From the IMG/VR virus record IMGVR_UViG_3300024353_000008: a DNA stretch of 20,000 nt, one strand, 5' to 3'. The notes under the pieces are model-generated. The model searched no databases, was not told the DNA's origin, and worked only from the letters and a program-made list of their open reading frames with translations. Position 1 is the first letter of the stretch. Each line of letters opens with the position of its first letter. Below, one piece after another: positions 7,169-16,343 of this stretch. A program made the translations under genes and the position numbers. The stretch is from an uncultured virus (IMG/VR IMGVR_UViG_3300024353_000008). Lineage: Duplodnaviria; Heunggongvirae; Uroviricota; Caudoviricetes.

Positions 7169-8707
7169 ATGTCAAACGGAACAACTTCTTCATATACGCC
7201 AGCCAAGACTGGATACTCTCGCGTGTTTCTGATTGAAGGTCGAGCGCGACCTGACCATACACCAGTTTTTCAATCTTGCCTGAAGGCTGGTGCACTCGAA
7301 CAGTCGTTTGGAGACATCGAGAAGATCGAGTGTCCATCGGCTGCGGAATACAATCAGTTCGATGAAATCGGTGAAATCCAGGGCGCAATCGAGCGAGTGA
7401 CGACGACCCTAACCGGTCGATACGCGGCGGACCTGGCAAGTGAACTGTTGAGAATTGCAAAGGCACGATGTGATTCTGACATCCACGTTCACTTTGGTGC
7501 TTGCTCTGACCCACGAGACTTTAACACGTTTACCAAGGCAATTATCATAGAAAAGTCGCGCTCGACTAACTGGTCCACGGAGGACGTGGGTGCGCTGGGC
7601 AGTGACGAGAATGCCAAGGTTGACGAAAGCTCGGACATCAGCGGGCGCAATATCTACGAGGCACTGCCACTTACGTTTGCGGAACGTTGTGGTGACGTAG
7701 TTACAAATCCAGTCATCGACATTGTAATCTGTGACACGCCAAGCTGTGGTGCTTGCACAGACGAGAGCGATGGATGTCAGAATGTCTTTGCACTGACGCA
7801 ACAGACAGTTGGCAGTCCTGGTACTGTGGCAGATGTAATCTGGACACGAGACTTATTCTCGACGCAGTGTAACTCTGACAATATCGACTCACTGGCTGTC
7901 AACCAGGATGCAAATGCTCTGGCCTGCATCGGTGACTATCTGGCTGTCGTGAGTAATGCTGCTGGCAATTTGCACTACAAGACTAAGACGGACATCTGGA
8001 ATGCTGTTGTTGGTGGCTGGACTGCTATCGCTACAGGCTTTGTTGCTGGTGGTGAACCGAACGACATTTGGAGTATCGGAACCTATGCCTTCGCAGTTGG
8101 CGATGGCGGATATGTCTATGGGACCGACGACCCGACCGGTGGAGTGGTTGTGCTAGACGCAGGAGTTGCAACGAGCGATAATCTCAATGCAGTACACGCC
8201 ATTGGCGATAACTTTGCAGTTGCAGTTGGCGATAACGATGCAGTAATCTTCACCGAGAACCAGTCAACTTGGAGTACTCCAAGCTCTACTCCTGGCTCTG
8301 CTGGAAATCTACTTTGCGTCTGGGCCAAGAATGAGGACGAGTGGTGGGTTGGTGACGACACAGGTGCTCTATACTACACAATTGATCGTGGAGAAACGTG
8401 GACACAAAAAGGTATTGCTGGTTCCGGTTATACCGCTATCTACGATATTGCCTTTTCCACTGACTCGATTGGCTATCTGGCTGCTGCAACTAGTACACCT
8501 CGTGGTCGGATTCTGCGCACGTTCGCTGATGGTGGCGGTGCTGGTTCGAGTGGCGGGTGGGTCATCCTTCCTGAGGGTGTACAGGCACTCCCGCTAAGTG
8601 ATGCAATATACGCAGTTGCTGCTTGCAATCATGACGAGAACCTAGTCGTCGGTGGTGGCCTCGCAGACGATGGCAGTGATGGAATCCTGATGGTCGGAAC
8701 GGACTAA
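7169..8707 (+). CDS. Putative major tail tube protein with a C-terminal beta-propeller (BNR/Ycf48-like) extension
   Basis: Strong AGGAGG RBS at 7158-7163; directly upstream of the chaperone and tape measure genes. A ~170-aa tube-like N-domain is followed by repeated blades (AFAVGDGG, AVAVGDND, WWVGDDTG) and an Asp-box (YYTIDRGETW). Confidence 0.72.
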   Translation: MSNGTTSSYTPAKTGYSRVFLIEGRARPDHTPVFQSCLKAGALEQSFGDIEKIECPSAAEYNQFDEIGEIQGAIERVTTTLTGRYAADLASELLRIAKARCDSDIHVHFGACSDPRDFNTFTKAIIIEKSRSTNWSTEDVGALGSDENAKVDESSDISGRNIYEALPLTFAERCGDVVTNPVIDIVICDTPSCGACTDESDGCQNVFALTQQTVGSPGTVADVIWTRDLFSTQCNSDNIDSLAVNQDANALACIGDYLAVVSNAAGNLHYKTKTDIWNAVVGGWTAIATGFVAGGEPNDIWSIGTYAFAVGDGGYVYGTDDPTGGVVVLDAGVATSDNLNAVHAIGDNFAVAVGDNDAVIFTENQSTWSTPSSTPGSAGNLLCVWAKNEDEWWVGDDTGALYYTIDRGETWTQKGIAGSGYTAIYDIAFSTDSIGYLAAATSTPRGRILRTFADGGGAGSSGGWVILPEGVQALPLSDAIYAVAACNHDENLVVGGGLADDGSDGILMVGTD

Positions 8708-8756
8708 TCCGGGCCGAAACAAAATCTTATCGGACAGGTAAGGAGAATAGAATAAA

Positions 8757-9317
8757 ATGACTGGTGAAGTAAACAATACGGTCGTCTCTGAAAATCCCGC
8801 TGTTCAGACTGCGAAGGACAAGCAGGAAGGACCAGAGATCAAGACTCTTTCTACTGGCGTGCGCGTCAAACTCAAGGCAGTATCATCGTCTCTGGTTAGT
8901 GAGGTCATGCAAAGGGTTCCAGAGCCAGAAGTTCCTATCTTCCACGACGATGAGAAAGACCGGGATATGCCAAATCCAAATGATCCAAGTTACCTTCGTG
9001 CTCTGGACGAGGCAGAGAACAAGCGCAACAGTGTCGCTACAGATGCTATGCTGGTCTTTGGTGTAGAGTTGGTTGATCCTGTTCCAGATGATGATTCTTG
9101 GATCGGAGGACTCAATTTCTTGGGTATCGAAGTAGATGCAAGCGATCAGTTTGCCCGCGAGTTTGCCTACAAGAAATACATCGCAGTTGGAACACCTGAT
9201 TTGCCTCTCGTCTATGGTGCATCCTCTCCCGTTAGCGCCTCAGAGGTCGCTGAAGCACTGGACGGGTTTCCAGATAACGGTGAGGGGGACACGGATACAG
9301 GAGTTACCGACTCCTAA
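8757..9317 (+). CDS. Tail assembly chaperone (gpG-like)
   Basis: Acidic 186-aa ORF with an AAGGAG RBS between the tail tube and tape measure genes. It overlaps a second ORF. Confidence 0.78.
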   Translation: MTGEVNNTVVSENPAVQTAKDKQEGPEIKTLSTGVRVKLKAVSSSLVSEVMQRVPEPEVPIFHDDEKDRDMPNPNDPSYLRALDEAENKRNSVATDAMLVFGVELVDPVPDDDSWIGGLNFLGIEVDASDQFAREFAYKKYIAVGTPDLPLVYGASSPVSASEVAEALDGFPDNGEGDTDTGVTDS

Positions 9318-9537
9318 AGAAGCAGTAGACGCGAAAATCAGGTCCAGCATGTCGTTTTCTGAATGGGAGGCTGGAACTGCTGCTGGCCTTGATATGCACA
9401 AGTGGGAGTACACGGAATACTATCCACGGACCTTCAAGGCAAAGGTTCTAGCTTGGTATCAGGCACACAATCGTATCAAATTAGAGGCAGAAGTCGCAGC
9501 GCAGCGAGCATCGAAGAAGAAAAATAGACGACGGTAG
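9264..9537 (+). CDS. Tail assembly chaperone extension (gpT-like), probably reached by a +1/-2 frameshift at GGG TTT C (9264-9270)
   Basis: The overlapping ORF is in the +1 frame and ends 5 nt before the tape measure ATG. The -1 frame hits TAA at 9275. Confidence 0.68.
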
Positions 9538-9542
9538 TTTTT

Positions 9543-12500
9543 ATGCCACAGTTACAAGAAACCGGTGTCAAGGCAGAAATACAAGACCTGAGCTCGTTCA
9601 TGGCAGGGCTAAAGATGATGAATCTTGGCCTTGCTAATATGGGCAAGTCGATTGCTGATGTCAGTAAACAGGCTGCTGCTGCCGCTCCTGCGATGAACCA
9701 GGCTGGCACTGCAACGGGTGGATTGAGTAAAGCTGCTGGCATAGCAACAGGAGGATTACGTGCTGCATCAGGAACTATCGGTGCAATGGTGAGTGCATTA
9801 GGTGGTCCTGCTGGTCTAGTAGTCGCTATTGGTGCTGGCATAGTTGCCTTCACGAGTATCAAAAGGACAATAGAGAGTGTCATTCAAACTATTCAGCAAG
9901 GAATCCAATCGTTTCTCCAATTTGCGCAGCAAGGTTTGATGCTTGCCAGTCGATTCAGGCAAACAGAGAACTCTGCCATTGCAGTAGGACGTGCTTTCGG
10001 TATTGCTGATGATGATACTCGTGCTGCAATAGACACGATTGCAGATGCTGGCATTCGATACGATGTTGCAGCAAACTCTGCCCTGCAACTTATAAAAAAC
10101 CAGATTGATTTAGCAGCATCCGCGGAATTAGTCAAGATTGCTCAAGCCACAGGAATTATTGTAGGACAGGATTCTTCTGTAACTATGGGACGTCTGGTCC
10201 ATGCTATTGCTACTGGCAATACAGCAATGCTAGGATACATGAACATTACTGTGAGAAAGAACGATATTGAGCGGGAAGCGCAAGAACTATATGGTCGTAG
10301 TGTTGACATGCTGACAGCACAAGAGAAAACACAGGCACGGGTGAATGCTATCATAAAAGCATCTGTGCCGATAATGGGTGTATACGAAGCCTCTATGGAT
10401 TCGGCTATTAAGGCACTTGGATCATATACAGGACGCGAACTTCCAACACTGGGTGCCACAATGATGCAGGTATTTGAGCCTGCATTCAAGACAGGAGTAG
10501 AAGTCCTGCGCAGCTTCACTGAAGCATTGACTGTTGCCCTAGACGAGGGCGGTGCTCTTTTTCCCGTGATGGTTAACCTCGGTGCTGCTGCTTCCCTAGT
10601 CGCAGATGGATTCAAGGCAGCAGCGGACTTTGTAGTCAAATGGATCAATGACTTACAAGTCAACGTATCAGACGGAGCAGCTAACACGATAGAAATGATG
10701 GCACGGTGGGGTGTTGAGATGATAGCAGTGTTCGCACAAGCTATCGTGCAAGCTGCTGCTACATACCTCACTGCTGCAATGCAGTTTGTGAGTAGTATCT
10801 TGACATTCTGGATGGCTCCGGGGAGCCCGCCACGGATTGCACCTGAAATCGACAAGTGGGGTGCTCAAACCATCAATGAGTGGTTGCATGGGATGACCAA
10901 AGCAGACTTTAACGTCCTTGCAGACATTCAGGGAATCATCGGCAAGTTCCTTTCTGGTCCAGAGTTGCTAGATGCAACCGCAGAACTGACAGGTTTCCTT
11001 GCAGGTGAAAGAAAGATAGGACAAAAGTTCTTCACCGATATAGGAAAAGCAGCAGGCTTTATGGGCAAGGAGGTTATAGCACTAGTAAAGAGCCAGCTTG
11101 CACTTGCTCAGGCTACGGACATGGTACAGATGGCGGAGCAAAGACTTGAGGAATCGAGGCAGGCTGTAGCAGATGCACAGGATAGAACGACTGCACTAAC
11201 GAAGGAATACAACAAACTCCTAAAAGAAGTCGCACCACCGGAGATACTTGAAGCAAAGCTGGCAGAGATCAACGCCAGCGAAGAACAGATTACACTTGCA
11301 CAGGATCAGATTACGGAAGCTGAGGCAGCAAAGAAAGAAGCTGAGGGTATGCTCGATCCACTCAAGGAACAAGTCGATCTGCAAAAACTCCTGATTGCTC
11401 AGTTAGAGAAAATGACAGCACAGCAGGAAGAACTTTCAGCAGGTGCAGGAGGAGCTGTTGGCGGTGCAGGTGGTGCAGCAGGTGCTGGTATGGGAATACC
11501 AGAGTTGCCAATTCCCGATGCGGCCACGATGGGGCAGGATATTACCAATCGAATCTCAGAAGCAATCGACAAGGCAAAAGAAGCACTGAGACAGAAATTG
11601 GCTGAAATCTTTGCACCATTACGTGAAGCCTGGGCAAATGTACAAGGTGATCTAGGAACAGTAGTATCAGCCTTCGATGAGTTCAAAGTAAAAGTTGGAG
11701 AAACATGGACTAGAACGTGGGACTTTATCAAGGAACAGTATAACAAGTTTCTAATATTCTGGGAGGAAAATGGCCCACGGTTCACCAAGATAGCGGATGC
11801 AATCTTTGGCAAAGGTGGCAGTGGAATAGGAAGAATACTAAAAGCAAACTTTGAGTTTGCTTTCGGGGCAGCCAAGGATGCAGTTTCGTTCGGGATTGAT
11901 GCTATTCTTCTTGTGCTAGAGGCTTTTGCAAGCACATTAACTGGTGACTGGAAAAACCTCTGGGACACGAATGTAAAGTTCTTCAAGCGAACTATTGGGT
12001 TCATCAAAGGTCTGTTTCTGAAATGGCTAAATGCCTTTCTCAGTATCTTTGGCACGAACATCGAGGACTTTGTTGCTCAATGGAAAGAGAATTGGGAGAT
12101 GGCGAAGACCATCGTTACGACAGTCGTGACAAACATACTGACATGGATCAGAGAAAAGGTTGCCGGATTCATCACTGCCTGGACAACATTCTGGGACAAT
12201 GTGAGAACAACTGTCTCTACCAAGATAGCAGAGATCAGAGAAGCAATCATTGCCTGGATACGAAATCTCCTCGAAAAGATGGGTGTTGACCTCAATGACA
12301 TGAAAGACAGATGGAAGAAGATATTTGCAGACATCAGAGCAATCGCTACAGCAGTGTGGAAGAAGATAGTAACAGCAGTAAAGAAGAAAGTAGCAGAGGT
12401 ACGCAAAGCCATTGCAGAGAAAATAGAGGAAATAAAACAATGGCTGAGTGAACAGTGGGAAGCAATCAGGGAACGCGCAACGACAATATGGACAACAATC

Positions 12501-13145
12501 AGTACAGCGGTAACAGATAAAGTTACAGAAATCAGAACGAAGATACAAGAAATCATTGGCAGGCTGAAAACCTGGTGGGACACAACTTGGGCAAAGTTCA
12601 AGGCCAAGGTAACAGAAATCTGGAATGGTATTAAAGAAGCAATCACTGGTTCTGAGATTTACCAAACAATTAGGGATGCTTTAAGCAATGCATTTACCAA
12701 TATCACAACTTGGGTTCGGAATAACATCCAGAGAATAAAGGACATTGGAGTTGCAATCATCGAAGGATTGAAAGAGGGTGTCCTTGCAACAGTTGGTGAA
12801 TTGATCAATTCTGTCACAGAATCAATAGAGAGAGCACTTGGAGCAGCAAAGGATTACCTTGGCATTGCGTGTCCCGATCCATCTCCACTGTTTGCAGACC
12901 TTGGTATCGGAATAGGAGAGGGACTTGCACTAGGTATCAGAAGTATGGTTCCCAAGATACAATCACAGATGCAGTTAGCGGTTTCTCCACAGGCAATTGG
13001 GTCAGTCTCAATGGGAGCAGTCGCAGGTGGAACAACCACGAGCAGGACTACTAATGTTAACATGGGAGGTGTCACTATCCAAGGTTCTATGGGAATGAAC
13101 GAGTTCAAGCACCGAGTAGAACGAGCAATATTATCGCCAGCATAA
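9543..13145 (+). CDS. Tape measure protein (1200 aa)
   Basis: Ala/Gly-rich helical protein with a coiled-coil segment (~11090-11430), periodic Trp repeats (~11630-12720) and a C-terminal LGIxxxPSP...G..IGEGLALGI motif. Canonical gene position. Confidence 0.93.
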   Translation: MPQLQETGVKAEIQDLSSFMAGLKMMNLGLANMGKSIADVSKQAAAAAPAMNQAGTATGGLSKAAGIATGGLRAASGTIGAMVSALGGPAGLVVAIGAGIVAFTSIKRTIESVIQTIQQGIQSFLQFAQQGLMLASRFRQTENSAIAVGRAFGIADDDTRAAIDTIADAGIRYDVAANSALQLIKNQIDLAASAELVKIAQATGIIVGQDSSVTMGRLVHAIATGNTAMLGYMNITVRKNDIEREAQELYGRSVDMLTAQEKTQARVNAIIKASVPIMGVYEASMDSAIKALGSYTGRELPTLGATMMQVFEPAFKTGVEVLRSFTEALTVALDEGGALFPVMVNLGAAASLVADGFKAAADFVVKWINDLQVNVSDGAANTIEMMARWGVEMIAVFAQAIVQAAATYLTAAMQFVSSILTFWMAPGSPPRIAPEIDKWGAQTINEWLHGMTKADFNVLADIQGIIGKFLSGPELLDATAELTGFLAGERKIGQKFFTDIGKAAGFMGKEVIALVKSQLALAQATDMVQMAEQRLEESRQAVADAQDRTTALTKEYNKLLKEVAPPEILEAKLAEINASEEQITLAQDQITEAEAAKKEAEGMLDPLKEQVDLQKLLIAQLEKMTAQQEELSAGAGGAVGGAGGAAGAGMGIPELPIPDAATMGQDITNRISEAIDKAKEALRQKLAEIFAPLREAWANVQGDLGTVVSAFDEFKVKVGETWTRTWDFIKEQYNKFLIFWEENGPRFTKIADAIFGKGGSGIGRILKANFEFAFGAAKDAVSFGIDAILLVLEAFASTLTGDWKNLWDTNVKFFKRTIGFIKGLFLKWLNAFLSIFGTNIEDFVAQWKENWEMAKTIVTTVVTNILTWIREKVAGFITAWTTFWDNVRTTVSTKIAEIREAIIAWIRNLLEKMGVDLNDMKDRWKKIFADIRAIATAVWKKIVTAVKKKVAEVRKAIAEKIEEIKQWLSEQWEAIRERATTIWTTISTAVTDKVTEIRTKIQEIIGRLKTWWDTTWAKFKAKVTEIWNGIKEAITGSEIYQTIRDALSNAFTNITTWVRNNIQRIKDIGVAIIEGLKEGVLATVGELINSVTESIERALGAAKDYLGIACPDPSPLFADLGIGIGEGLALGIRSMVPKIQSQMQLAVSPQAIGSVSMGAVAGGTTTSRTTNVNMGGVTIQGSMGMNEFKHRVERAILSPA

Positions 13146-13187
13146 CACGTAATACAACGCAGACTACAACACAGAAAGGAATATAAT

Positions 13188-16100
13188 GTGACAGTACAAC
13201 CAGTTCTTAGATTGACGGACGGCACTACATATATCAACCTGATAGTGCCAGAAGGACAAAAAGGTTTCCACTTGGATAGTTGGATACCAGAAGTATCCGA
13301 CTACAAAGGCGGTGGGATTAGACGCAACAATTCCCGCGCAGATGGCGAGAGCCTATCATGCAAGCAGTGGTCGAACGTGGTAGAGACCTTCGAGGTAATA
13401 GTCGATGGTGTAGATCAGGATGCTTTAATCACACTCCTGCAAGATACTAGAAGGTTGCTCGAAAAGTCGTCTGATTACTGGACTACACCTTGGCAGGATG
13501 AACCTGTATGGATCGAGGCGAGTGGTTCTTGTGAGACAGAGACTAGATATGGATTGATTGTCAGAGGTAGAATCCCACTAGATGATAACCCGCATGCTCA
13601 ACCTTTCTTTGCTGAACCTGCAATTATTCAGGATACGCAAATCCTCGTCGAGCGCGTCCCGTGGTGGTTGTCTGAACAGCCAGGTGCAGAGGTATGCGTA
13701 CAGGCGAGTGGCGAACAACTAGATTGGTTATATCGTGGGTGGACCATTAATACCACACAGCCAGCTGGCATAGTCTACGAGATACTAGAATTATCCAGTG
13801 GGCGTATACTGGCAGCAGACACTAACCAGGTATGGCGTACAGATGACGGGGGCGCTACTCCATGGACTACCTCAACCATTCCACCCACGATCACTGTGTA
13901 TGCAATGGTTGAGGATGTATCAGGTGGATTTGTCTACGCAGCAGGCCAAGTAGGTATATGGCGTAGCGGAGACGATGGTGTTAACTGGATACAGCGAAAC
14001 GCAGTCCAGAACGCGAGCACGAACGATACTCTAACTATAACGACGAGTGGGCGTCTGGTACTCTCACAATTCCTGGCAGGCATCTATACCAGTGATGACG
14101 GCGGGGCTACTTGGACACTTCGCAAAAGTGGGACCGACGTCCGGGCAGTCCTGGGAACGAGTGCAGGTAGCATTATAGCATGTGTCGATGGTGTTCTGTT
14201 TCGCTCTACTGACAATGGTGTAACTTGGGATACGGTAGTGACATTAGTATGCAATTGCCTGCGCGAGTTGGGCGATGGCTACATTTATGCAGGCGGAACG
14301 ACAGGATTGTTACGCAGTAATGACGATGGTGCCAGTTGGGCACAAATCAACTCAGGTTCGTTTTACGACATAGCACTAGGGGGAGGTATTTACTACGCTA
14401 TCACGCAGGCAGCAGAAATCTACACGTCGTCGTCTGCCTCAGACATAACCCTGGTTACAGATATAGGGAGTGTTGGTCGCGCGCTCATTTACTACGCAAC
14501 CAACGGAAACTTTTACGCGGCAGAGGATGCAATAGGTGCCGGAACTATATACTGGTTGCGCTCGGATCAGGTTGTGACTGTCGGACGTGATGAAACGTGC
14601 GACAGTCAGGTTTTCATAAAGAATGCCAACAACATTGCTCAGGTATCTAGAGTATTTGTATATAATGCTGCACCTGTAACGTGGACACCCCAATTCCCGG
14701 CAGGATCATTTCCCTATGACCTATTCCCTAACATACCTGCTGTTGATGACATCCTATACATAGGAATCGAGAGTGGTTTAGCAAACTCTGGCACATTCTG
14801 CAATGTCGTGTTCGATATTGCCCAGGCATTTAGTGTTACATCCTATACACTAGTGTGGGAGTATAGAGCTGGTGGTGTCTGGTCAGGTCTGACACTGAAC
14901 GATGAAACCGCCGCCTTTTCCGCAATAGGTGTTAGGTCTATTACATTTCCACCTCCGGACGATTGGGCAACGGTTGGGGTTAATGGAGTGACCGGTTACT
15001 GGATCAGAGCACGGATAACAGCAATTAGTGGATCGGTAGCTAACAGCTCACCTACTCAGCAGAACAGAGATATATATACCTGCAACTGGTCATGTGTGGA
15101 TGTAGACGATGAACAGGTAACAGGTGACATTCCTGCGTTGCTGAGAATCAAGGCACAAAATCGCTCAGACCTTGACCAATACGAGACCTACACAGAGCTA
15201 GACTTACAGACGAGCCGTATGGTGTGGGGTCTACGGTCTGTAGATCGAGGGGGCGCATTTGTTGCATCTATCAATCTAGCGGATGAGCAAAACCCACCAG
15301 GTATGACGGTCGATGATACAGGCGCAGCCAGCACATTTGCAGACAAACTAGAATCACCATCAGGCCGAATGATTGTACACGATGTTAGCACGGGTGGTTC
15401 TACTGACCTAGCAGACTATATTGATGCAGCAACCATAACTCTAGATCCCACTATATCCTCAGACTACTATGGAACCTATCACGCATTTCTGAGAGCACAG
15501 CTTATAGAAAACACGGGCACGCCGGTGGCGGATGCAGACCAGGGTGTGCAGATTCGCCTAGATGCGCGAACGGGAACGGGCGGCATAAGCAAGACGACTA
15601 AACACAAGCGGTTCGTGGGATGGGACCAGACAGGCGAGACATTCAAGGACTGGCAGTTAATCAGCTTTGGCGCAATCAACTTGCCTGTGTCCGACTTGCT
15701 CAGTTCAGTACAACAGCCGGACCAGTTCCAGATAGTGGTACAGATCAGCGCGTCTAGTGCCCTTGATGTAGATGTGAACCTATACGATTTGTGGCTGGTC
15801 CCAGTCGATGAATGGGGCCTAGATACCTTTGACGCACGCCTAACGAATCTGAGCGCAGCGGGCAATGGTGACCAAGTAGACATAGATAGCGTAACGTTCC
15901 CCAAACGTAGGATTCGGTCGCAAGTTAGCACAGCAGACAATGCTGAGTTTGTAAGAGCAATGTACCAAGTAATCACGCCAGGACCAGCTATCCTACAGGC
16001 AAACGCAGATCAAAGATTGTGGGTACTCACGGCCAGAGCAGCATATAGAGGCGAACAAACCGGGGGACTTAGTGCGACTGTGTTACAGGATAGTTACGCG

Positions 16101-16343
16101 GACTTCCTCCGTGCCGGCGTCAAGGTCGGGACAATTGCATATAATGAGAGTACTGGCGCAAATGCAAAAGTGACGGCTGTAGCACGACAGCAGATCACGA
16201 CCGCGACCATTGCAGGAAACTGGAACGTAGGTAACAACTACCTATTTGTAGTAAATGGTGTGTACAAATCTGAACCATGGAACGCGCATAGCGTGCAACT
16301 GACAGCCAATCATAGATACCTCAGTTTCCGAGGTGACCGATGA
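13188..16343 (+). CDS. Distal tail (Dit)-like protein with an inserted BNR/Asp-box beta-propeller and further modules
   Basis: First gene after the tape measure gene, with an AAAGGA RBS and GTG start. Five Asp-boxes (WRTDDGGATPW, WRSGDDGVNW, YTSDDGGATW, FRSTDNGVTW, LRSNDDGASW) at ~13830-14340. Confidence 0.75.
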   Translation: MTVQPVLRLTDGTTYINLIVPEGQKGFHLDSWIPEVSDYKGGGIRRNNSRADGESLSCKQWSNVVETFEVIVDGVDQDALITLLQDTRRLLEKSSDYWTTPWQDEPVWIEASGSCETETRYGLIVRGRIPLDDNPHAQPFFAEPAIIQDTQILVERVPWWLSEQPGAEVCVQASGEQLDWLYRGWTINTTQPAGIVYEILELSSGRILAADTNQVWRTDDGGATPWTTSTIPPTITVYAMVEDVSGGFVYAAGQVGIWRSGDDGVNWIQRNAVQNASTNDTLTITTSGRLVLSQFLAGIYTSDDGGATWTLRKSGTDVRAVLGTSAGSIIACVDGVLFRSTDNGVTWDTVVTLVCNCLRELGDGYIYAGGTTGLLRSNDDGASWAQINSGSFYDIALGGGIYYAITQAAEIYTSSSASDITLVTDIGSVGRALIYYATNGNFYAAEDAIGAGTIYWLRSDQVVTVGRDETCDSQVFIKNANNIAQVSRVFVYNAAPVTWTPQFPAGSFPYDLFPNIPAVDDILYIGIESGLANSGTFCNVVFDIAQAFSVTSYTLVWEYRAGGVWSGLTLNDETAAFSAIGVRSITFPPPDDWATVGVNGVTGYWIRARITAISGSVANSSPTQQNRDIYTCNWSCVDVDDEQVTGDIPALLRIKAQNRSDLDQYETYTELDLQTSRMVWGLRSVDRGGAFVASINLADEQNPPGMTVDDTGAASTFADKLESPSGRMIVHDVSTGGSTDLADYIDAATITLDPTISSDYYGTYHAFLRAQLIENTGTPVADADQGVQIRLDARTGTGGISKTTKHKRFVGWDQTGETFKDWQLISFGAINLPVSDLLSSVQQPDQFQIVVQISASSALDVDVNLYDLWLVPVDEWGLDTFDARLTNLSAAGNGDQVDIDSVTFPKRRIRSQVSTADNAEFVRAMYQVITPGPAILQANADQRLWVLTARAAYRGEQTGGLSATVLQDSYADFLRAGVKVGTIAYNESTGANAKVTAVARQQITTATIAGNWNVGNNYLFVVNGVYKSEPWNAHSVQLTANHRYLSFRGDR

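Noticed and set aside
5062..13170. AATACAAC in two intergenic gaps (5062-5069 and 13151-13158) as a late promoter motif
   Set aside because: Only 8 bp, and it also occurs in coding sequence (~11207); too weak without more copies.
9476..13237. Long minus-strand ORFs opposite the tape measure gene (e.g. 10142-10855, 11399-12061, 12027-12665)
   Set aside because: Antisense shadows of a biased coding sequence, with no motifs or RBS support.
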